A stretch of DNA of 64,000 bases, taken from positions 2,240,001-2,304,000 of the forward strand of contig OZ242005.1 of the NCBI GenBank assembly GCA_965204725.1. Direction: 5' to 3'. This document shows, piece by piece, positions 1 to 7,630 of the stretch (position 1 is the first letter of the stretch; each line of letters begins with the position of its first letter). Position numbers and translations under genes: made by a program. This stretch comes from Candidatus Latescibacterota bacterium (GTDB lineage Bacteria; Latescibacterota; UBA2968; UBA8231). Under the pieces are notes generated by a model. The model saw only the letters and a list, made by a program, of their open reading frames with translations, made no database searches and was not told the origin of the DNA.

Positions 1-90
1 ACTGTTCGTCTGTAAGATCCATAAGAGATACCTCCGAAAGGGAATACCACTAACGTAGCACAGCCAGACTATTTATGAGATAGCTTCTAG
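1..90 (-). mobile_element. Left end of a probable IS5-family insertion sequence (runs off window)
   Basis: Minus strand reads CTAG (87-90), then AAGCTATCTCATAAAT, then GGAGG RBS and ATG at 22 giving MDLTDEQ(W), the typical N-terminus of IS5-family DUF4096 transposases. The junction coincides with the point where the TIR-APAZ ORF loses sense. Confidence 0.65.
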
Positions 91-757
91 CAAAGCTGAC
101 GGCCAGCCGCATATGCCGAGCCGTGGGACTTTGAAATTCGTCAAACGCATGTTGTACTGCCTCTTTTGATTGTGACGCATCGAAACGAGAAAAATTGATA
201 TGAGACGGTAGAGAACAAATTTGAAACCAGTTAGAGAATACTGACTCCGGTGTATCAGAGGTGGAGGCACTTTGCCGCAGCTTAAACTTTTGCCAAGAGG
301 CCAAGGCTTCCCCGAAATCACCAGTTGATTGCGGAACTTGGGTGTCTTTGAGGGTCTTTAGAAGTTTGCTGAATCCGTCGGCCCAGTTAGGAGAGAAGTC
401 AATGGCGTTTAGACGAATTAGCTGTTCGGGAAAGTCCGAAAACGGAAGATCATCAAGGAGGATAGGTATGATGAATTGTTGTTTGTTGAGTTGCCTGCCT
501 GTGTTTACAGCAAGAGCAATTTCATTAAGGACGCCATCTTTTTTATAGGACTCATGGGATAAGGCAACGATGACGGTGGCAGCTTCTTCCTTGATCGCAT
601 CACCAATATCTCTCCAGAATGTCTCACCGCCTAGCAGATTGAGTAGATCTGCCCATACTTCATAGCCAGCGGCAGTCAACCGCGTGCCTAACCAAGAAGC
701 AAACTCGTTGTTTTCGGGATTGGCGTGGCTAATGAAGACAAGACGACGTTCTTTCAT
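50..757 (-). pseudogene. TIR-APAZ protein (SPARTA short-pAgo partner type), C-terminally truncated
   Basis: FISHA-x-P, LGYEVW-like (AGYEVWAD), GVLNE with catalytic Glu, FIIP, RLNAIDF and SNWF motifs match SPARTA TIR-APAZ. Only 235 aa, with all three frames closing after position 90. Confidence 0.75.
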
Positions 758-764
758 ACAGTTC

Positions 765-957
765 TCACCTTGATCTTTTCCTTAAACGAATTACACCGTT
801 ACCCTCTCGTACTTGGCGCATCAGGGCAGAAATACACTCCGTGCGCGTCCCCCACCAAATGACCATAGCAGGATCCTCGACGAGGCTCTCTTGTACCGTA
901 GCCGAATTGGGCTCCTGCACACAGCGGCACCACAGCCGACGTATCCCAGAACTTCAC
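765..957 (-). pseudogene. VapC/PIN toxin, frameshifted and truncated
   Basis: GTG overlaps the antitoxin stop and reads (M)KFWDTSAVVPLC. A frameshift in a TG run continues as QEPNSATVQESLVEDPAMVIWWGTRTECISALMRQVREG, then similarity ends. Confidence 0.75.
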
Positions 958-1244
958 CGGCTTTCCTCCCGCTCCCGCAAGACCGCTGAACGCACAGTAG
1001 CTTGAGGGTCGGCAGGACGCGGCAGGTCCCAAAAATCCTCGGGTAAGGGCTTCTCCCCGCGCTTGAGGAGGCCCTTTTCTTCGAGGTCTTTCAAGTGCTC
1101 GGGGAGCGGCACAGGACTCACAAGAGGCAGCAAACGCGCAATGGGACGACCATGCTCGGTGATTATCACTTCTTCACCAGCTTTGACTTGGCGCAAGTAG
1201 GCACTCAACGACATTTCGAGTTGTGATACCGTTGTAGTCTGCAT
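954..1244 (-). CDS. Phd/YefM-family antitoxin
   Basis: LSAYLRQVKAGEEVIITEHGRPIARL motif; coupled to the PIN gene. Confidence 0.85.
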   Translation of the reverse strand: MQTTTVSQLEMSLSAYLRQVKAGEEVIITEHGRPIARLLPLVSPVPLPEHLKDLEEKGLLKRGEKPLPEDFWDLPRPADPQATVRSAVLREREESR

Positions 1245-1260
1245 GGAACCCTCTTTCTAG

Positions 1261-1305
1261 TTACTTAGCCAGCCACTGACGAGCAAGTTCAGTCTCGGCG
1301 GACAT
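1261..1305 (-). pseudogene. HEPN toxin N-terminal remnant
   Basis: MSAETELARQWLAK* overlaps the end of the MNT gene and resembles the first helix of MNT-associated HEPN proteins. Confidence 0.5.
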
Positions 1306-1627
1306 AGACCGTTTTGCTCTCGCGCATCGCGGCAGAAATAAAGGAAAGGGGAGACCGTTGGGCTTTTTTTATTTCTTCTGGAGTATAGACCAACAAGTCC
1401 ATAGCGAATGGATAGGGGCGCAGCGACTGGTAGAGGGCGCGGCTGCGTTTGAAGCGCGGCAGGTCGCTTGGGGCGATCACGAGTAAATCGACGTCGCTGT
1501 GCTCAGTAGCCTAGCCACGGGCATAGGAGCCGAATAAGACGACCCGCTCAGCATCTGCTTGGCGACCAATGTGTTCGGCGACGCGCCGTATTTCTTGCTC
1601 TTCAATTTTCTTTAGCACGGCGTCCAC
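1289..1627 (-). pseudogene. Minimal nucleotidyltransferase (MNT antitoxin) with in-frame TAG
   Basis: AAGGAG RBS and GTG at 1627; VLFGSYARG*ATEHSDVDLLVI is the GS..DxD motif interrupted by TAG at 1511-1513, and the downstream part stays in frame. Confidence 0.8.
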
Positions 1628-1634
1628 GTCTCCT

Positions 1635-3149
1635 TTATCGCGCCTCCGAGCGCAAAACCTCCATCTCCAACTCCATATCCGAATCCAGCGGAAAAAAGGG
1701 CCGCGCCCGCCGGACAAAAGGCAGGTGCCGCACCGTCGCCGGCGTCGGCCCCGGGGTGTCGAGCACAAAAACGGCCTGGGCCATGGCACCGTAGGCGAGG
1801 CGGTAGTTCATGGGGTTTTTGGCCACGATAAAGCGGGCCTGCGCCGCGTCCATCCCCAAGGCCGCAAACTGCTCGCCTTCCCATTCGTACGTAGGATGCG
1901 ACGCCAACAAGACCTGTATCGGCCCCAACGCCAGCACGGCCGCCGGTCCCATCTGCCCTTCGACGCCCTCCCAAATACCACCCCGATAGCGGAAGCGGCC
2001 ATCGCTCAACCGCAGCACCCGACCGCGCACGGCGATCGGTTGCCCCCAACGAGGGTCGTGCCCGTGCCCCAGCATCAACTCGACCTCGGCCCCAACGCCC
2101 GCTTGGTGACAGGCCGAGGCCGCACGGGCATCGACCAAGGGCACCAACGCCGGTCTGTCCAACTCGGCCTGCAACAGCGCCGCCAGCGTAGCCACGCTGT
2201 CGCCGGCCGCCCCACCGCCGCAGCAGTCTGCGGCCTCCACCAAGACCACCGGACCGCCCTCAACGGCCAAGCCAGCGCACACGGCATCCGCCGGCGAGTA
2301 CAAGGCTGGCTCTAAGGCAAAGCGCCGCTCCCAGTACGCTGCGGCTAGCGCACGAGCGAGGGCTTCGGCCGCGGCAAAGTCGCCGTCGGCAATCACCAGC
2401 CCGCCGCTGCCCATGCCAGCAAAATCGAGATAGGGATGCACCAAGATCGCACTCGTCGAGAGGATGCCGTTGCGCTGCTCGCCGGCCTTGGCCAAGGCCA
2501 TTACTTGCGCGAAGGGATCGTCGTCCTCAGTCGAGCCGTGAATGGCCCCGGTGAGCACCGGCACCTTGGCCATGGCCATCGCGGGTTTGCACACGCCAGC
2601 GAGCACATCGCACAGCAGGCGCGCCCCGCGCTCGCCCGTGGAAAAGGCATCGCGGTGCGGATAGGTTTCCCAAGCGACCAAACCATCGGCGGCACCCATC
2701 ATTTGCGCGGAAATATGGGCGTGTAGATCGAGCGTGGCGACCATGGGCACCGCGTCGCCGACAACCGCCCGCACGGCCGCGAGCAAATCCCCTTCCAAAT
2801 CGACGACGCCCTCGACCGCGGCCGCCCCGTGCAGCGGCATGAGGACGCCATCAACAGGGAGCACCGCGTTGAGCCGCGCCAAAAGCTCTTCCTTGAGCGA
2901 GTCGTAACAAGCCCGTGTCAGCGGCCCGCCGGGACAGGTGCTGGCAAACAACAGGGGCGCGACTTCCACGCCGCGCGCCGCCAGCACGCCGAGCATCCCG
3001 CCGACCACGCCGTCTTCGGCTGCGAGCACCTCGCGCCCGCGCCGCAGCTCATAGCGTTCAAACCACGACCGATCAATCGGCTCGCCGCCGAACTGATTGC
3101 ACTCGGTAAAAATCGCGCCTAGTGCTACGCGCTGTTTCTCAGGTTCCAT
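1635..3149 (-). CDS. M81/MlrC-family metallopeptidase
   Basis: TECNQF, LHGA, DLEGD, TLDLHAH, TYPHRD and DCCGGG motifs; 504 aa. Confidence 0.85.
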   Translation of the reverse strand: MEPEKQRVALGAIFTECNQFGGEPIDRSWFERYELRRGREVLAAEDGVVGGMLGVLAARGVEVAPLLFASTCPGGPLTRACYDSLKEELLARLNAVLPVDGVLMPLHGAAAVEGVVDLEGDLLAAVRAVVGDAVPMVATLDLHAHISAQMMGAADGLVAWETYPHRDAFSTGERGARLLCDVLAGVCKPAMAMAKVPVLTGAIHGSTEDDDPFAQVMALAKAGEQRNGILSTSAILVHPYLDFAGMGSGGLVIADGDFAAAEALARALAAAYWERRFALEPALYSPADAVCAGLAVEGGPVVLVEAADCCGGGAAGDSVATLAALLQAELDRPALVPLVDARAASACHQAGVGAEVELMLGHGHDPRWGQPIAVRGRVLRLSDGRFRYRGGIWEGVEGQMGPAAVLALGPIQVLLASHPTYEWEGEQFAALGMDAAQARFIVAKNPMNYRLAYGAMAQAVFVLDTPGPTPATVRHLPFVRRARPFFPLDSDMELEMEVLRSEAR

Positions 3150-3174
3150 TCAATGCCCCCTTTGCAACTGCCTC

Positions 3175-3567
3175 TCATGCGGCTCTGCCACCTATTACCA
3201 GCAAGAAGGCACTGTCCTCTAGCGCTTTGACGCTGTGGGATAAATGTGCGGCGCAGACCGCGACCTCACCGGCCTGTAATCTCAATGGCTCGGGTTCGGT
3301 CGCCGTCGAAAACTCGAGATGCCCAAAGAGGGTCGTCACGGTGATCGGGGCGGGAGCGGTATGTTCGTGCAGCACGGCTTGGTCTTTTAAGACGAGCAAG
3401 ACGACGGTTAAATCGTTTCCACGCACTAAGGATAGGGAATTTCGTCCGGTATTTTCGACGACCTCCTCCTCCATTAGTTGAGCGGCCATACTCCGTAAAG
3501 AAAAGGACGCCACCGTGGAATCGGTTATTTCAATGGGCCGAAATGGACGTTCATAGGCTCGTTTCAT
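3175..3567 (-). CDS. Cupin-domain protein
   Basis: LHEHTAPAPITV and HSVKALEDSAFLL cupin motifs. Confidence 0.75.
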   Translation of the reverse strand: MKRAYERPFRPIEITDSTVASFSLRSMAAQLMEEEVVENTGRNSLSLVRGNDLTVVLLVLKDQAVLHEHTAPAPITVTTLFGHLEFSTATEPEPLRLQAGEVAVCAAHLSHSVKALEDSAFLLVIGGRAA

Positions 3568-3682
3568 GCGATGCTCTCCAGTAGGTGTCAGGTGGGATTG
3601 GGTGATTTCGAGTTGATAGGTAAATGGCCAAAGTCGGATATGATCTACACTCGTAAACCATTGGACCGGAGCACTCCCCCAG

Positions 3683-4759
3683 CTACCAAGCCAACGGCTC
3701 GAACCCCATGCGCTTGGTCAGCTTGCGAGCCGCGTGCGCCACCTGCGGGTGGGGGTCGTAGAGCGCGGCTTCAAAACTGTCGCGATGGGTGCGCGGGTCG
3801 AGGCGGTCGAGGAATTTGGCCGCGCTCAGCCGCACGTGCGGCACCGGGTCGGTCAGGCCGCGCCAAAACCACTTTGGCGCCTCTTGCCCGCTGCGTAGGA
3901 CGAGCACTTCAATGGCCGCGCCGCGCACCGCTTTGTGCTCGCTCTCCGCATACGGTGCCAGCACCTCCGGCTGAATGTCTTCGCAACGCCGCATTACCTT
4001 GAGGATGCCGACCGCGCTTTGCGGATGGCCCTCGCCGAGCAGCAATAGGCACCACTCAAACAGGTCTGGGTCGGCTAGGTCGGCCAAAAGCTGGAGGCCG
4101 CGCACCTGCCGCTGCGGCTTATCCGATTCCAAGCAAGCGATGGCCTCTTCCTCGCGGCGATCAACCGGGGCCATGCTTTCGGGCGCGGCCTGCCGCGCCT
4201 CAGCTTCCCGCGCCACCTTGGGCCAGACCCGCAAGTGCTCAAAGTCGATCTCCACGCCGGCAAAGCGCTCGGGAACCCACTGCGCGGCGCGGGCGAGCAA
4301 CTCCTTCTCGCCGATGCGCGCATTGGGATAGGTCGCCAGCCGGTTGTCGATCCAGCGGGCCAAGCGCACGACGCCCTCGTGGCGAGCACTGACGCCCTTG
4401 TGCGCCTTGACGCCCAAGACGGCGTTGATCCAGCGCGCGATCTCCTCGGTACTTTCCGGGATTCCCAACCCGTAGTGGCTGCGCAGCGAGGAAGCGGGAA
4501 TGGCCCCGTTGATCGAGATGACCCCGCCGCTTTCGCGCACCTGCCGACTGCCGTAGCGCTGACGCAACGTTTTCAAATCGATATCTACGGCCAGCACGAT
4601 GGGGCGGTCTCGCGTGCGCCGCGATTTGGCGTGTGCTCGCTGCTTGGCGTAGCTCTTGCTCCGCGAAAGCCACACCCGCCGCGAGGGCGACCGCGGCTGA
4701 AAGCCGTCGCGGGCAATCCGGCGGGCAGCGCGGCGCGTCGTGCCGTGATAGACGATCAT
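3683..4759 (-). CDS. Tpt1/KptA-like ADP-ribosyltransferase-fold domain fused to HEAT repeats
   Basis: N-terminal YHGT..I..DGF...VWLS...PIVLAVD; C-terminal HEAT-like repeats (VRGAAIEVL, DPVPHVRLSAAKFL, DPHPQVAHAA). Confidence 0.6.
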   Translation of the reverse strand: MIVYHGTTRRAARRIARDGFQPRSPSRRVWLSRSKSYAKQRAHAKSRRTRDRPIVLAVDIDLKTLRQRYGSRQVRESGGVISINGAIPASSLRSHYGLGIPESTEEIARWINAVLGVKAHKGVSARHEGVVRLARWIDNRLATYPNARIGEKELLARAAQWVPERFAGVEIDFEHLRVWPKVAREAEARQAAPESMAPVDRREEEAIACLESDKPQRQVRGLQLLADLADPDLFEWCLLLLGEGHPQSAVGILKVMRRCEDIQPEVLAPYAESEHKAVRGAAIEVLVLRSGQEAPKWFWRGLTDPVPHVRLSAAKFLDRLDPRTHRDSFEAALYDPHPQVAHAARKLTKRMGFEPLAW

Positions 4760-4809
4760 AGCAACCTCCCTTCAGTCGTTTTCAAGCAATAGTGACGTAC
4801 GTCACAATG

Positions 4810-5700
4810 TCAAGTTTCTCTACAGCGAACCAAGCAGCGCAACGCAGTGAACGCATCGCTTGGACCCTTCCTTTGATACGCGCCCACCCGCTCCAGCCAT
4901 TCCGCCTCCCAAGCACCCCCCTGATAGCGGCACAGCGTCGCCAAGGCCCCTACGGCTGCGGCTTGGACCGCCCCGGGCTTTTCCGCGCTCCAGACGCCCG
5001 CACGGTACGCGCTGCGGATGCCGCCTGCAACCGGGTCCCAAGCCGCCTCTACGTGTTGGCGCAGGTAGCGACCCACCACGGCGCAGAGGGGCGTCTCGTT
5101 GCGGCGGCCGGCCTCGTCCAACATCGCGGTCAGCGCGGCGAGGGCCGCTTCGCTATATACGCAGGTTCCCCAGCCATCGTCAAAGCGGAAGAAGTCGCGG
5201 CGGACAGCAAAGAGCAACAGCCCCAAGTCCGGGTGGTAGTGGTAGTTCAAGATGGCGGCTACGGCGCGGGCGGCCGCTATTTGCAACGCGCGGTCGGCGC
5301 GGGTGTGCAAAAGGCGCGTACCCGCGCTCAGCACCTGCGCCCACTCGTCGAGGCTACGCGCCCCTGGGGGCATGGGTTGTCCCTCGGGCGACGCGCCGAT
5401 GTAATCCGCCGCGTCGCAACGCGCCAAGCTGTGCAGCACGAGCGTCCGCGCCCGTTCCCAATATCCACAGGCCGCCAGCCCTTCGGCTAACGAGAGGACG
5501 CCGCGGACCGTAGCCCGGTCGTACGCCTTGCGTTCACTGCCCTCGGCCACCTGTTCAGCCAGCATCCGGTAGCGCGGCTGATCTTGCAAATGCGCCAAGG
5601 CCGACAACAACTGACCGTCCCGGAGCGCACTCGCGCCCGTACCGCCCGCCAACAGCACTTTGACGGACTGGGCGGCCGCCTCGGCGATCGGCTCAGCCAT
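4810..5700 (-). CDS. Hypothetical helical protein
   Basis: 296-aa ORF starting 2 nt after the epimerase stop on the same strand; no recognised motif. Confidence 0.55.
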   Translation of the reverse strand: MAEPIAEAAAQSVKVLLAGGTGASALRDGQLLSALAHLQDQPRYRMLAEQVAEGSERKAYDRATVRGVLSLAEGLAACGYWERARTLVLHSLARCDAADYIGASPEGQPMPPGARSLDEWAQVLSAGTRLLHTRADRALQIAAARAVAAILNYHYHPDLGLLLFAVRRDFFRFDDGWGTCVYSEAALAALTAMLDEAGRRNETPLCAVVGRYLRQHVEAAWDPVAGGIRSAYRAGVWSAEKPGAVQAAAVGALATLCRYQGGAWEAEWLERVGAYQRKGPSDAFTALRCLVRCRET

Positions 5701-5702
5701 GG

Positions 5703-6707
5703 CTAGAACTGCCCACTGCGGGATTCGTAGCGGGTCGGCTTACCCAAGCTCGGGCCGCCGGCCATGACCCACTCGGCCACCGCGTGCAGGATATGATCCG
5801 GGCCGACGCGCGGGCGACCAAATTCCGCACACAAGCGCCGACTATCCCCCAACAGGGCGTCTGGGGCCGGCGCGCCCGTAAAGCGGGGCGTCCTACCCAT
5901 GATTTTCCCTAGTTGTTCGGCGAGATCGCGCACGGATAAGGTCGCCGGCCCCGTCAGGTTGATGACGTTGGCCGGGCTGTGGCACAGGGGGAAGAAACGG
6001 CACAAATAGGCGTTGGCGTCGCCCTGCCAAATTTGGTTGACGTACCCCATAGTCAGATCAATCGGCTCTTGCTGCCACACCTTATCGGCGAGATCGCGGA
6101 TGATGCCGTAGCGCGGCTCAGTGGCGTAAAACAGCCGCACAATCAGCAAGGGCGTCCCCCGCATCCGCGACGCGTACTGGGCAATTCGCTCCCCGCCCAA
6201 GCGCGATTGGGCGTATTCGCCCACCGGGCCTAAAGCCCCGTCTTCGGCGGCCCCCGGCCCGGGAGCCTTGGAATACGCGTACACATTGCCCGAGCTGACA
6301 TAGACGATCCGCGCCTGTGCATAGCGTTCCATCACCGCGCCGGGCAATGCGGCATTCACCGCCCACGTCGCGTCTTCATGGCCGGTGGCCCCAAACTTAA
6401 ACCCGGCGAGCAAGAGGACATTGGGCGCGTCGGGCAGTTTTTTCAGCGCCTCGTCGGCGAGCAAGTCGCAGGCGACGGTTTGCACACCCACGCTCTCCAA
6501 GTAGCACCGCTTTTCTGCATCCGCAAAGCGCGCCACTCCCACCACCTGCTGCGCCCCGGCCCGCACCAACAGCTCGGCCAGCGTTGGTCCCATCTTGCCG
6601 CTAACCCCCAGCAGCAGAACCGGTCCGTCCAACTGACGCACGGCCTCCACGACTTCAGGGGTCGGGGTCGTCATGTCGTCTATGAGCGCGGCTTCACGGA
6701 CCATCAT
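5703..6707 (-). CDS. NAD-dependent epimerase/dehydratase
   Basis: LGVSGKMG Rossmann motif, SSGNVY, YAQSR; start set at the ATG after GAGG. Confidence 0.85.
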   Translation of the reverse strand: MMVREAALIDDMTTPTPEVVEAVRQLDGPVLLLGVSGKMGPTLAELLVRAGAQQVVGVARFADAEKRCYLESVGVQTVACDLLADEALKKLPDAPNVLLLAGFKFGATGHEDATWAVNAALPGAVMERYAQARIVYVSSGNVYAYSKAPGPGAAEDGALGPVGEYAQSRLGGERIAQYASRMRGTPLLIVRLFYATEPRYGIIRDLADKVWQQEPIDLTMGYVNQIWQGDANAYLCRFFPLCHSPANVINLTGPATLSVRDLAEQLGKIMGRTPRFTGAPAPDALLGDSRRLCAEFGRPRVGPDHILHAVAEWVMAGGPSLGKPTRYESRSGQF

Positions 6708-6859
6708 AGTACCTCTCTTTCGCGCATTGTACGCCCTCGGCGGCAAGGCCGCGTTTATTATAGCCCTCTTCTATCGTATCGACAATCAGATGTGCGCTGG
6801 GCCAAACACCCCCGTATTGGTCTTAACGGGGCGAGAAAACGCGGCCTGCGACGCCGTAG

Positions 6860-6904
6860 AAAAATCGTATAAAATCGTATATAATACGATTTTATACGAT
6901 TTTT
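6860..6904. promoter_or_regulatory. Perfect 21-bp inverted repeat built from tandem AAAATCGTAT units
   Basis: AAAAATCGTATAAAATCGTAT-ata-ATACGATTTTATACGATTTTT in an AT-rich divergent intergenic region. Confidence 0.65.
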
Positions 6905-6972
6905 TATGGTTCCTCATTGCGCGTGTATGGGCTGAAAAAAAGAAAATTAAATTTTATAACTCCTATATTTTC

Positions 6973-6999
6973 AATCCTTTAGGATCATCCTAAAGGATT
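6973..6999. promoter_or_regulatory. Perfect 13-bp inverted repeat upstream of sigma54 promoter
   Basis: AATCCTTTAGGAT-c-ATCCTAAAGGATT; its right half recurs as TCCTGAAGGATTTTT before the second sigma54 site. Confidence 0.55.
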
Positions 7000-7021
7000 T
7001 TTTTGTGCGTACCCTGATTTT

Positions 7022-7037
7022 TGGCACGCAATTTGCA
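7022..7037 (+). promoter_or_regulatory. Sigma54 (-24/-12) promoter
   Basis: TGGCACGCAATTTGCA is an exact match to TGGCACG-N4-TTGCW. Confidence 0.8.
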
Positions 7038-7049
7038 TACATAATTCGT

Positions 7050-7180
7050 AGAAACAAGGCCGATGAGGAAAGAAAGGAGGGGATACGAACTTTAATATCG
7101 GCTGTTTTTCAACACTCACTTCACTCACTTCCAGTGCCGTAGCGGTATCGGGCCGCGGGCGCACTGGGCAACTTAGGAGA
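7050..7180 (+). ncRNA. Candidate structured 5' leader RNA, copy 1
   Basis: Homologous to 12225-12341; stems GCCGAT/ATCGGC and CCAGTGC/GCACTGG with an inner GCGGT/GCCGC helix. Confidence 0.5.
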
Positions 7181-7187
7181 AAAAATC

Positions 7188-7469
7188 ATGCAGATCTTGA
7201 GGGAGTTCTTCACGTCGTCGAGCGGGTTGGCGCCGGCTCGGCAGGGTTTGGCCCTTGGTTGGGTCATCAGTGCCCTCACGGGGATCACCGTCCTGCTCGG
7301 GGCGAAGGAAGCCGAAGCCGGTAAGTGCGAGAACCGCACTTCTGAGGACTGCGGTTACAATGCTTGGTGCGATGATGATACGGACGGGGCCGAGCCGCTC
7401 AGGTGCTGCGAAGTTACACGGCACCGTGACTGTAGCTTTTCTACAGGAGATTGCTACTGCACCGCCTAA
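7188..7469 (+). CDS. Secreted cysteine-rich mini-protein
   Basis: AGGAG RBS; hydrophobic leader ending AEA; 49-aa mature part with 8 Cys (C-C-C-CC-C-CxC). Confidence 0.75.
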   Translation: MQILREFFTSSSGLAPARQGLALGWVISALTGITVLLGAKEAEAGKCENRTSEDCGYNAWCDDDTDGAEPLRCCEVTRHRDCSFSTGDCYCTA

Positions 7470-7531
7470 GACAACCTCAGCTATAGACCAATAGCTTTAG
7501 GGTCGTTGCTTAGGCTAAGAAGCTGAAGGGT

Positions 7532-7570
7532 CCGGCTCAGGATCTATTCTTGAGCCGGTCCTCTTTTCCT
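7532..7570 (+). terminator. Probable intrinsic terminator
   Basis: CCGGCTCAGGA-tctat-TCTTGAGCCGG followed by a pyrimidine-rich tail. Confidence 0.5.
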
Positions 7571-7630
7571 TCGTACTTACGGACCGTGTCCAGTTTTCTC
7601 TTTTGGAAATGTCTCTATGGAGGTGATAGC

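Noticed and set aside
1511-1513. In-frame TAG as a sign of stop-codon recoding
   Set aside because: Core genes such as dnaB end properly at TAG; a single C-to-T change at CCAGG explains it.
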